A stretch of 64,000 bases of DNA from Octopus sinensis (taxonomy: Eukaryota): the NCBI RefSeq assembly GCF_006345805.1, contig NC_043001.1, positions 48,422,001 to 48,486,000 of the forward strand, given 5' to 3'. The stretch's first letter is position 1. Each line of letters begins with the position of its first letter. The notes beneath the pieces are model-generated. The model was not told where the DNA came from and made no database searches. It saw only the letters and a list, made by a program, of their open reading frames with translations. A program made the translations under genes and the position numbers. This document shows positions 36,756 to 50,269 of this stretch, piece after piece.

Positions 36756-37865
36756 TATGCATAAATACGCGCAAACACACGCCCATCTTAAATTAGTCTG
36801 AAAAAGAATGTGCGCCAAGAGTGGGACTGAAACGTCATGAAAGTTCGGCAAAATAATATTGTAAAACCTACTTCAAAAGGTGCCTGACATTGCCGCATCT
36901 ATACAAAAGAATGCAAGTCCCTAACAAGACGGAAAAGCCACATCTGTGCTGCTCATCAAGCGATGGTAACCCTCGGAATCGATTTGCAGCTGTTATGTAT
37001 GTAGATATTCGTCTGTCTTTACGCTCTCAGTTCAAATTCCGCCGAAGTCAACTTTGTCTTTCAACCTAACTGAAGTCGATTACATCGACTTCCCCCTCCT
37101 CTCGAAAATTTCTGGCCCTGTACCAAAATTTGAAGTCATTATGTGGGTGTATATATAGATACTCACACATACATTTAAGCCCATGTGAGATACATTCACA
37201 CCTAAAAGTAAGTAAACAAATTAATATTTTTAATTTTATAAGCTAATGCATAGATATTATATCCGTATTACGTGAGATAAATCTTCGAGTGCAACAAACA
37301 CATATATGCATTTATATATTTCAAAGAAATGAGTCTTCTTTAAACATAAAATCCCAGTCATAAAATCTATAAACGTAAGTAGATATAAACACGAAATGGA
37401 AATGGTTATGTTGCAGTCTTTCAGAGAATGGCGAGACAGATTTTGAAAGTTAATACAGAACGTGTGATAATAAAAAAAAGTCTAGGAATGACAAAACGAA
37501 AGAAGTAGTAGTAAAGGAGGGAGAGAGAGAGAACTGTAAAAGATAAAGTGAATCGCATATAAAAGACACCCCAACACGCACACACACAGAGGCATACACT
37601 TGTGTGCAATTAGAATGTATATGAGATTATACATGCATGTGTGTGTGCGCGAACATTATGATTTCACTTAGACATAGAGATACTAGTCGAATATAAGATT
37701 CAATATATGTATGGTTCGGAATAAAGCGATTGGCGAGTACAAAGCGTAATAAGAATTTATTTAATTCCTATTAATTCGTGTTGATTACGAAATCTATGTC
37801 CCCTTGACATTCAAACAATATCTATTTACCTATATATCTATGTATCTATATATATATATATATAT

Positions 37866-37898
<33 letters not shown>

Positions 37899-38197
37899 CC
37901 CTTTTGAATGAACAGCACATGGAATCTACGTCACCACACTTTCCATTTGTAATGACAAAATATCAACTCTATGGTATGTAAATTCCAATCGGAATTTATA
38001 TACCATGGACAAGAAGCATTTCTACTCAATCTCCCCACTTTCCTTGGATAATGGAACTGCAGCTATAACATCCTACATATATTTTAATTTTTAATTTTAT
38101 TCTCTTATTTCCCATTAAACTTCTTATTTCCATCGTTTTCCAAAACAATTCCTTATATTGAACTCTACTATTTCCCTCTGTTTAACCATCTCACATT

Positions 38198-38245
38198 GTC
38201 TCTGAGGAAGGGATATTCCTAATATCCCAGAAACAACTGTAAGAC
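38198..38245 (+). ncRNA. Minimal type I hammerhead ribozyme motif (Penelope-associated)
   Basis: gtct-CTGAGGA-a-gggatatt(cct)aatatccc-a-GAAA-c-aact-GTA-agac: stems I and II pair and core residues are present. Confidence 0.55.
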
Positions 38246-38375
38246 TGACTTTCTCTTTATAAATGTTCTTAAAATCCCATACAGCCTTGGCTTTGTTGTC
38301 TCATTTTATTTAACACACACACACATACACACACACAAACACACACAAACACACACAAATATACACACACATATG

Positions 38376-38437
<62 letters not shown>

Positions 38438-38439
<2 letters not shown>

Positions 38440-38742
38440 ACTAAATGAAGAAAAGAAAATGGAGATTAGGAAGTTAATAATAATTTATTATTAACAAATT
38501 GGTCAGTATTACTTCTTACAGCCATTTCAGTCTGCTGATTGGTCGGCATGTAACATCTCAAGGTATATCTTTTTGTCTAATGAAATTATGTTCATGTTAC
38601 ATAATTGCAAATTTAATGCACAAATTTGTAACTAAATTATTGAGTATTAATTGAAGCGGTTGTAAGAAATAAAGATGACCAATTTGTTAATAATAAATAA
38701 TTATTAACTTCCTGCTCTCCATTTTCTTTTCTTCATCTAACT
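38438..38742. repeat. Imperfect inverted repeat, ~85-bp arms
   Basis: atgaagaaaagaaaatggag...aacaaattggtca versus tgaccaatttgtt...ctccattttcttttcttcat. Confidence 0.8.
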
Positions 38743-38899
38743 GGATATAAACTATATGCTTAATATATACCTATTGTTTTAAAAGAATTTCATTGCCAAA
38801 TAATGCTATATTGAACCAGTATTTCATTGGATGTAACCATCCCTTTATGAGGTTAACATATGTTCCAATTAAAATATATATAAGAGTGCGTGTGGGTAA

Positions 38900-39400
38900 A
38901 GTCTGTTAATGTTGGATATAGTCGTCTCCCCAATATAGCTCGATAATACTCAACCACCATAAAACTAGACACACCAGCAATACCCACTGTAACAGTAGAT
39001 CTCCAAACCGCTGTCCTCTAAGTGATAACTGTCTGGTAAAAGAACTTATATGCAAGGTCAAAATGATGGATCCCAACGGAGTAATAAACACATATATCGG
39101 AATGACGTGCAACTCGTTCAAGGAAAGATGCGCACAGCACCAGGCGTCATTCAATGACAAAAGTAAAAGACATGTGATAACCCTGTTAATATGATATGGA
39201 CATTGAAAGAAACCAGGGTAAGCAACCTCCAAATAACATGGAGCATCATTGTTAAGGCCAAAAAATACAAGGGAGCTCCATATCACTGAAAATCTAAATA
39301 TCATCTAGTCAATAGACAACATCTTAAATATTAAAGATGAAACTTCTCTACCTGCATACACAAGCAATATTTTACACCCCGACATTTCAAAGAGAAATCA
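38900..39400 (+). pseudogene. Penelope-like GIY-YIG endonuclease remnant
   Basis: CNSRSPNRCPLSDNCLVKELICK...TYIGMTCNSFKERCAQHQASF...ITWSII. Confidence 0.8.
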
Positions 39401-40599
39401 CCACCTACTCCGCAAATCCCAGAAGGATATTTTCTTTCTCTGAACATGAACATTGAATATATACAAAATATGAACGCCACCCATAGAAGATACATGCCCC
39501 CCTGATAAACCCCATTAGCATATAAACATACGAACATTACATATAACCAGAATATAATATAATATAATGTAAATATATTCATGATCACGGTTTTTTTCCC
39601 AAAAGTCAAACTCAAGATAAATAGTCACTCAAAAGGTATCATCCAAGAGCAACGGCCATTGACTTCTTGTTTTTCTATACGAGATCTGTTTGTGAATTCC
39701 CGAGGTTTTTCGAATTTTCGTCCAAAACGGAGGCGAACACCATTCCTCCATGCGATCGGCTTGAAAATTTGTTAAGATTTTAAGATAATTTTGTTAACAT
39801 GAAACCACTGGTAGCATTAAATGTATATATATGTATGTGTGTGCCTGTGTGTATATATGCAAGCTTCTATGTTTTTAGTATGTATGCATGCATTTATTTA
39901 TATATATGTATGTATATATGCTTATGTGTATGTATGTGTGTGCATACTTTTACAATCTATTTTCTTTAGAAAATAGATTGTAAAAGTTTATACATTTATG
40001 CTCTACCTGAAATAATGAAAGTTCTTCGTAGCTCTTATTTTGTGATTGGACAGGTTTTTCAGATCCTATCAGCTTCAAGTTATTTTTATTAAAATGTTTA
40101 CAAGTATGGCATTTACTAAAGTTATTTGTTTATCTCTTATTCATTGGTTGTTTCCGAAGTTCCTATATATATATATATATACATTTGTGTATTACTTGAT
40201 TCATATCCTGTTTTTTGTAACTTTTTTATTATCCCTACTTCATAAAAAATGTTTATTTTATAAGTAGTTGAACATTTTTATGATACTCTTTGTTGGAGAG
40301 AGAGGATTTATAATTGGTCTCTGGGAATTTAACTTCTCTCTTGTGAGTGAATCTACATTATTATTACCCTTCTGTTGGGTTTGATTCTGCTTTGCTTCCC
40401 TTACTAATTTTGCTGTGCTTTACCGGCGGTCATTTTACCTTTTTGTTGTTGTGCCTGCAACGTGATTTCAACTAATTTCTCCCTTTCAGTTGGCATATTT
40501 ATTACGTGACTATGATATTGTTTTCTATAGCGACTAAGAACAAAATCCCAGAACAATCTATGTAAAACGTAGAAAGATAGATGTTATCGAGGGAAAGAC

Positions 40600-40765
40600 A
40601 AAGACCGACACAGCTTGGCACCAGTGCTGTCGCAACTCATTTCTACAGCTGAGTGAAGTAAAGTGTCTTGTTCAAGAACACATCACACAGCCCGGTCCAG
40701 GAATCGAACTGACTACCTCATCATTATAAGCCCGACGTTCTAAATACAAATCAATGCGCTTTCAC
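40600..40765 (-). mobile_element. SINE family B fragment
   Basis: cagctgagtgaa...cttgttcaagaacac...ggtccaggaatcgaac. Confidence 0.65.
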
Positions 40766-41775
40766 ATTATACCACAATAAGTACTGGACTTTGTTGATGG
40801 CTATATCGCTGTGGTTCTCTAAAATTTGGTGTGACCCAGCTAATAGGTCGGTACTTGGTACCTTACCATCTAAAATACATTGTCAGTGGTCAGTATATTT
40901 AACTCATGACTATGCCAAGTCCACCTAGTTCAGTAAATAGCTACTTCGGAGTAGAAACAACTCGCCACTCCAATTGGCAACAGTGTTGTAAAAGTGATAT
41001 ATATAATATTGGAACAAGGTCAACAATAAAATATGGTGGGTGGGGCGGGTAACATTGACAAGTAAATTAACTAATTAACCTGTCTAATTAATTAGTTAAT
41101 TTAGGGAGAATGTTAAAGTTGACCTGGGCAGGCTTTTATTTCAGGAAATACTAAGCCATAACTAAATACTGAAAATCTTTCTACACGATGGCCTCCTAAC
41201 GATTCTGCCAATCCACATCGATATACTGTGCTGTAAAATTTACAAGCAATTACTTAGATTCATGCAGCTTATCCCTCAAGACTTTTATTTCGCATCTATT
41301 TACTAAGAAGCAAAGCAGAGTTCGGATCTGACCATAATGGGTTGTTGTTATTGATAGTTTTTGTGTTCTACAATTTCTACGAATTAATATTCTTTGGTAA
41401 CAAAGTGCTCTGCTCGGTGGGCTTCTTTCGTTATTCAGTTCGCAGTTTTCAATGAGAGAATCAAGACAAGAAGTGGCGAGTCTATGACACGCGTTCCAGC
41501 TTTTAGGTGACACCCGATGAACTTTGAAAGGAATCTTCCTACAATATCATGTTATAAATATAAGTGTTTACTTGAAAGTAAAATGTGACATTTCAATAAC
41601 AGGATTATTAAAAAGAATTAGAATTTCGATGCACCGACTTACAAGGGATTGCCATCACTAATCATTAGTGGATCTCTCTCCTTTCTCTCTCCCTCCTTCT
41701 CTCTATCTCTCTCGCTCTCACTTTCATTTTTTTCTCAACATCAAGATTTTACCTCAGGATTGTGAGCGAACAAAA

Positions 41776-42335
41776 TCTATTATATAAAATCAGTTCTGTC
41801 TGTGTGTGTGTGTGTGTGTTCTAGGATCTCGGGCATCCTCCATCTGATTGCGCTCAAATTTGATATGTAGATACCGACGGTATCAGGGCGTGTATAAGTC
41901 TTGAAAAAATTACAAAAATCGATTCCAGGTGAGAATGCGATCGATAAAGCCGTTTTTGTCCTGCTTTTCTTTCGTCAACCTGTACATAACTGCACCGTTC
42001 ATTTTTTTGTTGTTTTTGTACTGCTTAAAGGCACGTTTCTTTCTTGCCAAGCTTACTGTTTAAACCATGTTTGTGTTCTCCCAGTCAACAGCCTTATCAT
42101 TACTGGTACTTTAAACTCTTCGGTTGCATATTTGTGTGAATAAAATCGTTTTTCTTTGGAATAGAAAAAAGTCTATCTTTATTTCTTCTTTTGCTGGTGT
42201 CTCAAATTTAGGCTAAATCAGTGTTTCTCAAAGGGGAGGCGTATGAGACGGTCGGACAAGTTGTTTTGAGAAAATTTGGTTTAAATGTTTGACAACTAAG
42301 CACCCTCCATTGGACGGGGGGGGGCGTTTTGCTTG
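41776..42335 (+). mobile_element. Non-autonomous Helitron-like element
   Basis: A|TCTATTATATAAAA start, (GT)n, 3' cctccattggacgg hairpin, CTTG|T end; both ends shared with 20414-20840. Confidence 0.7.
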
Positions 42336-43494
42336 TACCTGCTTGTTACAAAGGGCTCCCAAGCCAATGAAGGAGATTCTGAGTTGTTACTTGAGATGAC
42401 AGAAATAGCAGTAATTTTTTTCAAATCTAACTTATCATTAAAAACAAGAAGAAAACTGATTGATCGGACAATTTAGAGACTAGTTCAAATTCGCTTTTTC
42501 TGAAAAATAGACAGGATAATCGTGGCTGGAGCGCTTTTTTCGTGGTTCAGCTGGATCTGAATTTCATCGTGGTGTACCTCCCTGTTACGCATTTATTTAA
42601 ACATGTTGAGCCCAATCCCTTCCTGGTGAGATAACAGCCAATTTTTCCTAGAAAAAAAGAGTGAAACAAGAAGGGATTCTAGAGCTCGACTGGTACATTT
42701 TCGATCCCAAACTGATGAATGAATATCATTTTAGCTGCATTTCAACTTTGCATGTACTTACACTCTAACAATTCTGCCGATTCTCCGGCTTAAATACGTA
42801 CAATATACGCACGTAACAAAAGAATAAAAAACTGGACATAAATTAAAAGACAAAACTCTTTCCCATGTCATGAAGACTTTTAAGGACGGTTTCCAGGATA
42901 CTCTGGCGTATATTCCCACCACTAGACAGAACACCTGTCCGGTGCAGGATTACTCATTATTGCCAGCTGGTTGGACTGGAATGTGAAAGCCACGGATCTC
43001 CAATGTACACACATTCCTTTATTTATTTATTTACCCTTTCTCATTTTCATAAATTTGCAAATATATGAGCACATATACATAATGAATTCCTGGATTTTAC
43101 ATGTATCTACGTCCCCAGCTATGCCAGCATGTGCTTTTCCTCCCTTATTACTCTGCTTGTTTGTTTATAGACAGTTTTGATTTTTGTGATTTTAGGTTGG
43201 TTTTTTTTTCTGTATTCTTCTTCCTCATTGATCTTTCTTCATTTTGATCTTTTTCTTTATCCATTTCTTCTTTCTTTTACGCTCCCCGTCCACTATATTT
43301 CTCTCCCATTTCTTCCTTCTCCAATATTCCTCCTTTATTACCACATCCTTATTCGTTTTTTCCCCACTCTTCTCCTCTTCATCTACGTCTTTATTGCCTT
43401 TTCCTCAATCTCTAACTCCTCCTCATTTCATAAACTCATAAACCCAACAACAGAACAATCTATCAACTAAAAATTTGTAAGTATTTTTAACAGG

Positions 43495-43629
43495 CCTAGT
43501 TGTGTGGTAGGACATGCTTCCAGGTTCAGTCCCACTGTGTGACACCTTGGGCAACTGTCTTCTACTATAGCCTTGGACTGACCAAAGCCTCATGAGTTGG
43601 TAGACGGAAACTGAAAGAAGCCCGTCATA

Positions 43630-43698
<69 letters not shown>

Positions 43699-43960
43699 AC
43701 GTGCTTATTTCAGTTATATATGTTTATATCTATGTGCGTGTGTATTTATGTCTGTGTTTGTATCCCCACCATCGATTGACAATCGGTGTTGGTATATTTA
43801 CGTTCCAGTAACTTGACGGTTCAGCAAAAAAGACCGATAGAATAAGTACTAGGCTTTAAAATATAAAGCGTGGAGTCGATTTTTTCGATTAAAACTCTTC
43901 AAGGCAGTGCCCCAGCATGGCCGCAGTCAAATGACTGAAACAAATAAAAGATAAAAGATA
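43495..43960 (+). mobile_element. SINE family C with internal (TA)n
   Basis: ggttcagtcccactg...gaccgatagaataagtact...catggccgcagtcaaatgactgaaacaa. Confidence 0.8.
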
Positions 43961-43999
43961 TTCACAACCAACTCTTTCATGCCTTTATCTATTACTCTT

Positions 44000-44210
44000 T
44001 CTACTCTTTTACTTGTTTCAGTCATTTGACTGCGGCCATGCTGGAGCACCGCCTCTAGTCGAGCAAATCGACCCCGGGACTTATTCTTTGTAAGCCCAGT
44101 ACTTATTCTATCGGTCTCTTTTGCTGAACCGCTAAGTGATAGGGACGTAAACACACCAGCATCGGTTGTCAAGCAATGCTAGGGGGACAAACACAGACAC
44201 ACAAACATAT

Positions 44211-44243
<33 letters not shown>

Positions 44244-44410
44244 CATATATATACGACAGGCTTCTTTCAGTTTCCGTCTACCAAATCCACTCAAGGCATT
44301 GGTCTGCCCGGGGCTATAGCAGAAGACACTTGCCCAAGATGCCACGCAGTGGGACTGAACCCGGAACCATGTGGTTGTTAAGCAGGCTACTTACCACACA
44401 GCCACTCCTA
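44000..44410 (-). mobile_element. SINE family C, tail-to-tail with the previous copy
   Basis: ttgtttcagtcatttgactgcggccatg...cttaccacacagccactcc. Confidence 0.85.
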
Positions 44411-45002
44411 CATCACATTTTATTTAATTATTCATTTATTTTCGTTTTCTCTTCTTCAGAAATGGCCTACCCAACTACCAAACAACACTGCCGCCAAGAC
44501 ATTTAAGTATCGGACAACCAGCCAAGGAAAGTCAATGATTCTTATACTGCTATCGTCTACATACGTTGTGATTCTATGGCCTAGACAGTTACTGTTCCAT
44601 AAGCTGTCGGGGTCGGGGAGGAGTGACTTGTGCCGCCATCGTCTACATGCGTTGTGTTTCCATGGCTAAGACAAAACACAACAGTAAACATAACGTTGGT
44701 AAAAGTATAGATATTTGGGACTGTGTGTTATGTTCCACGAGCTATCAGCACCGGTGCGGAGTGTCTTGTGTGTGAGGTAAATACTGGTCGAATATTTATT
44801 ATAAGCCACCATAGTCACAATATCAATTCTCCAAAATATCTCCAATCAGTTACCCATTATCACATCACAGCACACTCACACGTGAATGAGTACAACACTT
44901 TCAATTTTTTTTCCGTTTTTAAATCAACCTACGCAAACCCATCTCCATCAAGAACTGTGGCAACAGAATTCAAAAACACCACCATCGTCACGATAAAAGA
45001 AG

Positions 45003-45215
45003 TGGCTTCAAATTTCGGCGCAAGGTCAGGAGTTTCAAGGAATGGGAGAAATCAATTACATCGACCTCAGTGCTCAACTTGTGCTATTTTATCGTCCCCG
45101 AAAGGATTAAAAACAAAATCGACCCCAGCAGCATTTGAACTCAGAATGTAAAGACCGACTAAATGCCGCTAGGCATCATGCTCGGCGTGCTAACGATTCT
45201 GCCAGCTCACCGCCT
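45003..45215 (-). mobile_element. SINE family A
   Basis: Ends cgtgctaacgattctgccagctcaccgcc. Confidence 0.8.
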
Positions 45216-45299
45216 TATGAGCCTATGGATCGGGAAGGATCTTTCGTCCTCTTTTTTAGAATTCGTGTATGTATTTTGGTGTGAATGTAAATTATGTTA

Positions 45300-45302
45300 G
45301 TT

Positions 45303-45371
<69 letters not shown>

Positions 45372-45408
45372 GGTGCGCATGTGTATGCATGTATTCATAT
45401 ATGTATGC

Positions 45409-45447
<39 letters not shown>

Positions 45448-45622
45448 ATATATATATATATGTAAATATATATACATATATATATATATATATCATATAT
45501 ATATATATATTATATATACATATATATATATACTATATATATATATATATATACATACATATATATATATACATACATATATATATATATATACATATAT
45601 ATATACATACATATATATATAT

Positions 45623-45717
<95 letters not shown>

Positions 45718-45723
45718 CATATA

Positions 45724-45759
<36 letters not shown>

Positions 45760-45765
45760 CATACA
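45300..45765. repeat. Compound (TA)n/(TG)n/(CT)n microsatellite; similar tracts near 27030, 28620, 29590, 38390, 55730, 57600, 58550, 60300
   Basis: Directly visible. Confidence 0.95.
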
Positions 45766-46999
45766 CAGTGGGGGAAGTAGAGAGAAATCTAAATAAGACA
45801 ACAAACTAACCAATGAGGTGTTAAAAAACAACAGAGATACCATCAAAGACAATACACCAACGCTACATACAAGAGAAATAAAACACAAAATCAGACAACT
45901 AATGAATGATTTCTATCATTAATAATGATTATTTTGACAATGAAACAATGAAAGGAACAAACCAAAGGAAGGAGAAAACTGGTCAACAGTTGTATTCCAA
46001 TATAAACCACAAAATCTATACAACTAATTAACAGCTTCAGCAGTAATTAAACCACATCATATGCCACATTAACATCTTTAAGTAGCATACTATCAATTCA
46101 AAATCAATCTTCATAAGCTGCACAAAGACAGAAGTACATAACTTAAGATACACACTCCTAACTTGGTGCACGAGTTCTCAAACAGTACAACAACACACTA
46201 GTACGCCTCAAGTGATATAATTTTAGATTTTAGAAAATCCATACTATTACTTGACTGTCTACAGAAACATGTTATTCAGGTCTTTGTTATACTTGAATAT
46301 CGTTAATAAAAAAAAGGTGAGAAATGGTTTTCTGTATTTTTTATAAATTTTTAACTTTTAAACGTAAGTTGTTTTTAACTTTCATCTGACAAGTGCGAAA
46401 GAACTTTTTCACTTGGTTTCCAGTGCAACACGTATCGCAAAATGGAGAGCCATTGACCTAGATCAGGACTTTGACATATTCCTTTCATTAGATACCCCAA
46501 GAATCCACATCGAAAACTCAAGGCTCAAAGCCAACAAAGCTCTTAAAATTCACAAGCAGTCTCTAGGAATACTTAGAGTGTAGAGGGATCATTACATTCA
46601 CCAATACCTTCTATATTTATATTCACGCGTAAACCTCTACATCGTCGCGCGACCTGTCAGAAATAGGAGACAAATAACCTTCAAATTACACCCTACTGTT
46701 TTTAGAAAGAAAAACACGTATTGAGTAATACAGTTCGAAATACTTCAAAATAACGGGATGATCATGGATGGAATGAATTTGATAAAAGGTTTCCTCAGTC
46801 AGGTTTAACTTTGGGGCAACCAATGCCAACACTGTTAAATCTCTCAGAATTTGAAAGCTGATTAAATTGTAATTCCAAGAGCCAGCAAAGTCTGAAATAG
46901 AGCATCATTACACAGGACCACAACCTTCCTATGTACATACTTAAAAACCTAGAAATACTAACCTTTGACAACGTCAATTCTCATATTCATCCCTCATCT

Positions 47000-47450
47000 T
47001 TACAATGATTCAGGCTACTACACTCTTTATAATTTGTTACATAACTAACAAATTTTATTCGCAGAATACATGAAGGCTTCGAAAATACAATAACTGCTTT
47101 GCACGCACCTACCTAACTATCATTGACAGTAAAAAAAAATATTTGACATCATTGTTTGTTATTCACTTGTAAAAATAATACACAAGCCATTCAAATGAAA
47201 CGATGGAAAATTCTATTTAATGAACTACTTCTCATGTCGCTAAGTTTATACAGTGAGCAGTAACAATAAATATAGAATCAGTGAGTTTAAGAATGGTGTA
47301 TCACAAGGATCAGCATTTTCATCACCCCTTTTTAAAGTTATAACCACATAACCTCTTCTGCATTCGCAACAGATACACACTTTATATGCAGAGTGCATCG
47401 CAGTCACACCTTCACAATATTCCCCATATACCTCTGCATAAGCAGAAGAG
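47000..47450 (+). pseudogene. Highly decayed non-LTR RT fragment
   Basis: KNGVSQGSAFSSPLF near 47290 resembles the GVPQGSxLSP motif. Confidence 0.4.
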
Positions 47451-50269
47451 ATAATTAATTACATGAAGAAATTTTTAAACTGTCGTATGATTAGTAAGAG
47501 AAAGATCAGTAAAAAACAACAGGAAATTTGTCACCAGAAGAAATAGAAAGGAGAACAAACAGAAAAAGAATTGCAGGAAAAGAAAAACTAATCTCAACAC
47601 GAACTCAAAGAAAAGAGAAGATATAAAGGGAGGGTATTGCAAACACAAGAGATAATGAAACCGAACAATATGTGAGGACAAAATAATGTTCATATTATGA
47701 GACAATTAAGATCAAGATGCATATGTCTTGCGGTGAACCAAGACTCAAACTTATAACCGTGACAAAATGAATGATATCTGTTAATACCGCACAACACTGA
47801 AAAATTAATTACAGGAACTGCTTCAACATAGGAGGGAATAAAAGATCTAAGCATCTGCATTCAGACGTTCTCAAATGACAAAAGAAAAGAAGAAAAAGAA
47901 AAATGGAGAAGCTGTGAGCCAGAGGACTGCCACCTGCAGAGAATAAGGCAATATAAAGTAAACAGTGATCACTTAAAGGAAGTGAACACAGCAATATAAT
48001 CAGAGATGAATTGGAATTGATTATTTGTTTTGTGTTTCATTAAACGGTTTAAGAGAATATCCAACTGATGAAAAATTAAATAACAACATGCTTTTTAAAA
48101 GGGTTCGCGTCTTATTACGGCATCAGCGGGATTCCCCTGCAAATATGCGGTAGTTAATGAGCAACCCGGAGTAAAGATACTATCAAAACTTCGGAAATAG
48201 CATTAAATAGTATAAGTCAGCTGGACTTGGTCCTTATTGTTTCAGAACGTACAGTCAAATCTATCATCGTGCGTCTATCGTGCGCCTAAATGATAGTGAA
48301 CAGCGACAACTCTGAGTAATAAACATGTGAAAAGCAAATAACACTAAAATATATAAAATATATAATCAAGGTTGTTTGATTCAAAATCATGACTATTTCA
48401 CAAGAGAAAATGATATATGGACAAAAGTGTGTAAAATATTAAAAGAAGTCAAGTGTAAGGAAGAAGAGAAAGCTATGACAGAAAATAAGCACTTTCCTAT
48501 TGTAAATTTAGGAGAGATAGAAATTCAGATAGAGAACTATATAACTTAGCAACACTTGAAGTAGCCATGATATTTACGAATAAAGATAGAGAACTACCAT
48601 TCTAAAGACACTCTCGTGTATTTCTTATGGTGATAATTGTGATGTAACTTGACACAATAACATATATGTTATGTTATCCATTTGGAGATCCTAGTGGTAG
48701 TCGTATATTCAGATAAATACGAAATCAACACCTTTAAAGTAATAAAATTATCATGTTAAAATACAAGCAATGTATATTAGCACAGACGGCAATCAGATAA
48801 TATTTCAATTTAGCTTTGCATGATGGGAAAAATTTTCTTTCAATAGGCTGTGGATTCGTACTTCCAAATTAAAGCAAATATCTTAACTTATCTACAAAAC
48901 GGTCACGTCAATAAAAGCTTAAAGTTATGTAGTATAAAGGATTATGTGGCCATTTAGTTAATCTAGATAACTATGCCGGTGTACAAGGAGTACGGACAGT
49001 AATTCTACTGTCATCTTTCCAAGGTTCTAAATGCAACATGAGGGAGTTGTAGCATAAGTATATGGATATAGTGGAAAAATATGTAAATCTTGACTTATTC
49101 ATTACTATGACTTCTAATCTGAAATGACCGAAAATATAGAATAATCTCCTCGGACAACAGGGATTAGATTAGGTAGCCAGGGTATTTTATTTAATATTTA
49201 ATATAATATTAATTACGAAACTCATTAAATAATGCATTTTTTTATTTCCTTTACTTTCTGACTCATCCTCATATAAAATAGTGTCCTTAAAATCAAATAA
49301 TTGGTAAATCAAAGGTCTGTTATTTTATACTTTAAAACCCTAAAAATCTATATTCACAACACACTGAAATATTCATATGTAGAAAGGGGTCAGATAGTTC
49401 ATCCAATTGTAACAACTGGAGTATATGCTGATTTGATTAAAGGAAGGACTAACTGTACACAATGACGTTAACTTCCAAATTCTGAACGAGAACACCCATC
49501 TTGATTAAAAAGGATACAGTCTTACAAATCACAGCAAATTTATGGGGCATTTCATATCATGATTGATGAAGTCCAAGTCTTTGCTTTATCAGTTAATGCA
49601 CAACATATAATTGAGGTTAAGCGTCATCCTTTTTGTCGTTTTTTGTGAAGTTATTGTTACTTGGAGTTGACTTCCGCTAGACTGCTAAGGTTAACCGAAA
49701 AGGCATCATTGCTAATATAACAGAACCATGCATCAATCATTCTCCAATATGAAAATATGTGAAAATTCTTCAACTCAGAATAACTGCTGGCAAAGAAAAA
49801 TTAATAAATAAATAATAATTAGCAGTTGATGTGGCACCTAGCAATATGATCCACGTTTTCGTCTTTATCAAAAGCATTTGTCTCCAATACCAACCTTTTT
49901 AAGGGCCAGTCTTTCAACAGGGTAAATGCAGCTGGGGCCTGTTTCGTCATAAACAGCTAAATGTAGCTCTAGGTAGGACCAAAAGTCAACAACACTAAAA
50001 TAACAGATTTGAGTATTTTTTACCGGACGATCCTGTTTTTATAGAAACAAATGTAGTCATGCGAGATACATTCTAGGAGCTAAGGAACATCTTTAAGAGA
50101 GGCAGTTGCAACTGCCCTAAATTGTTGTAATTTTAGTATTTACCATGCTCTTAATAAGCTGATCTACCAACTTTTGTTATTCCACATTGAAGGAGACGGC
50201 TGTAATAGCACTTTGAACACACTCTGCAGAACACAGCTTGTCACACCTGATTTGTTTGCAGAATGTAGT

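Noticed and set aside
44440-44600. Possible plus-strand exon after tttctcttcttcag
   Set aside because: No recognisable protein and no clear donor site.
45269-45888. YI/IY-rich ORFs here and near 27000, 29500, 55700, 58400, 60300; poly-N/I/L ORFs near 53600 and 63300-63900
   Set aside because: Translations of microsatellites.
47500-49100. Possible very old LTR-retrotransposon gag/integrase remnant
   Set aside because: Only vague motif resemblance, not supportable without a homology search.
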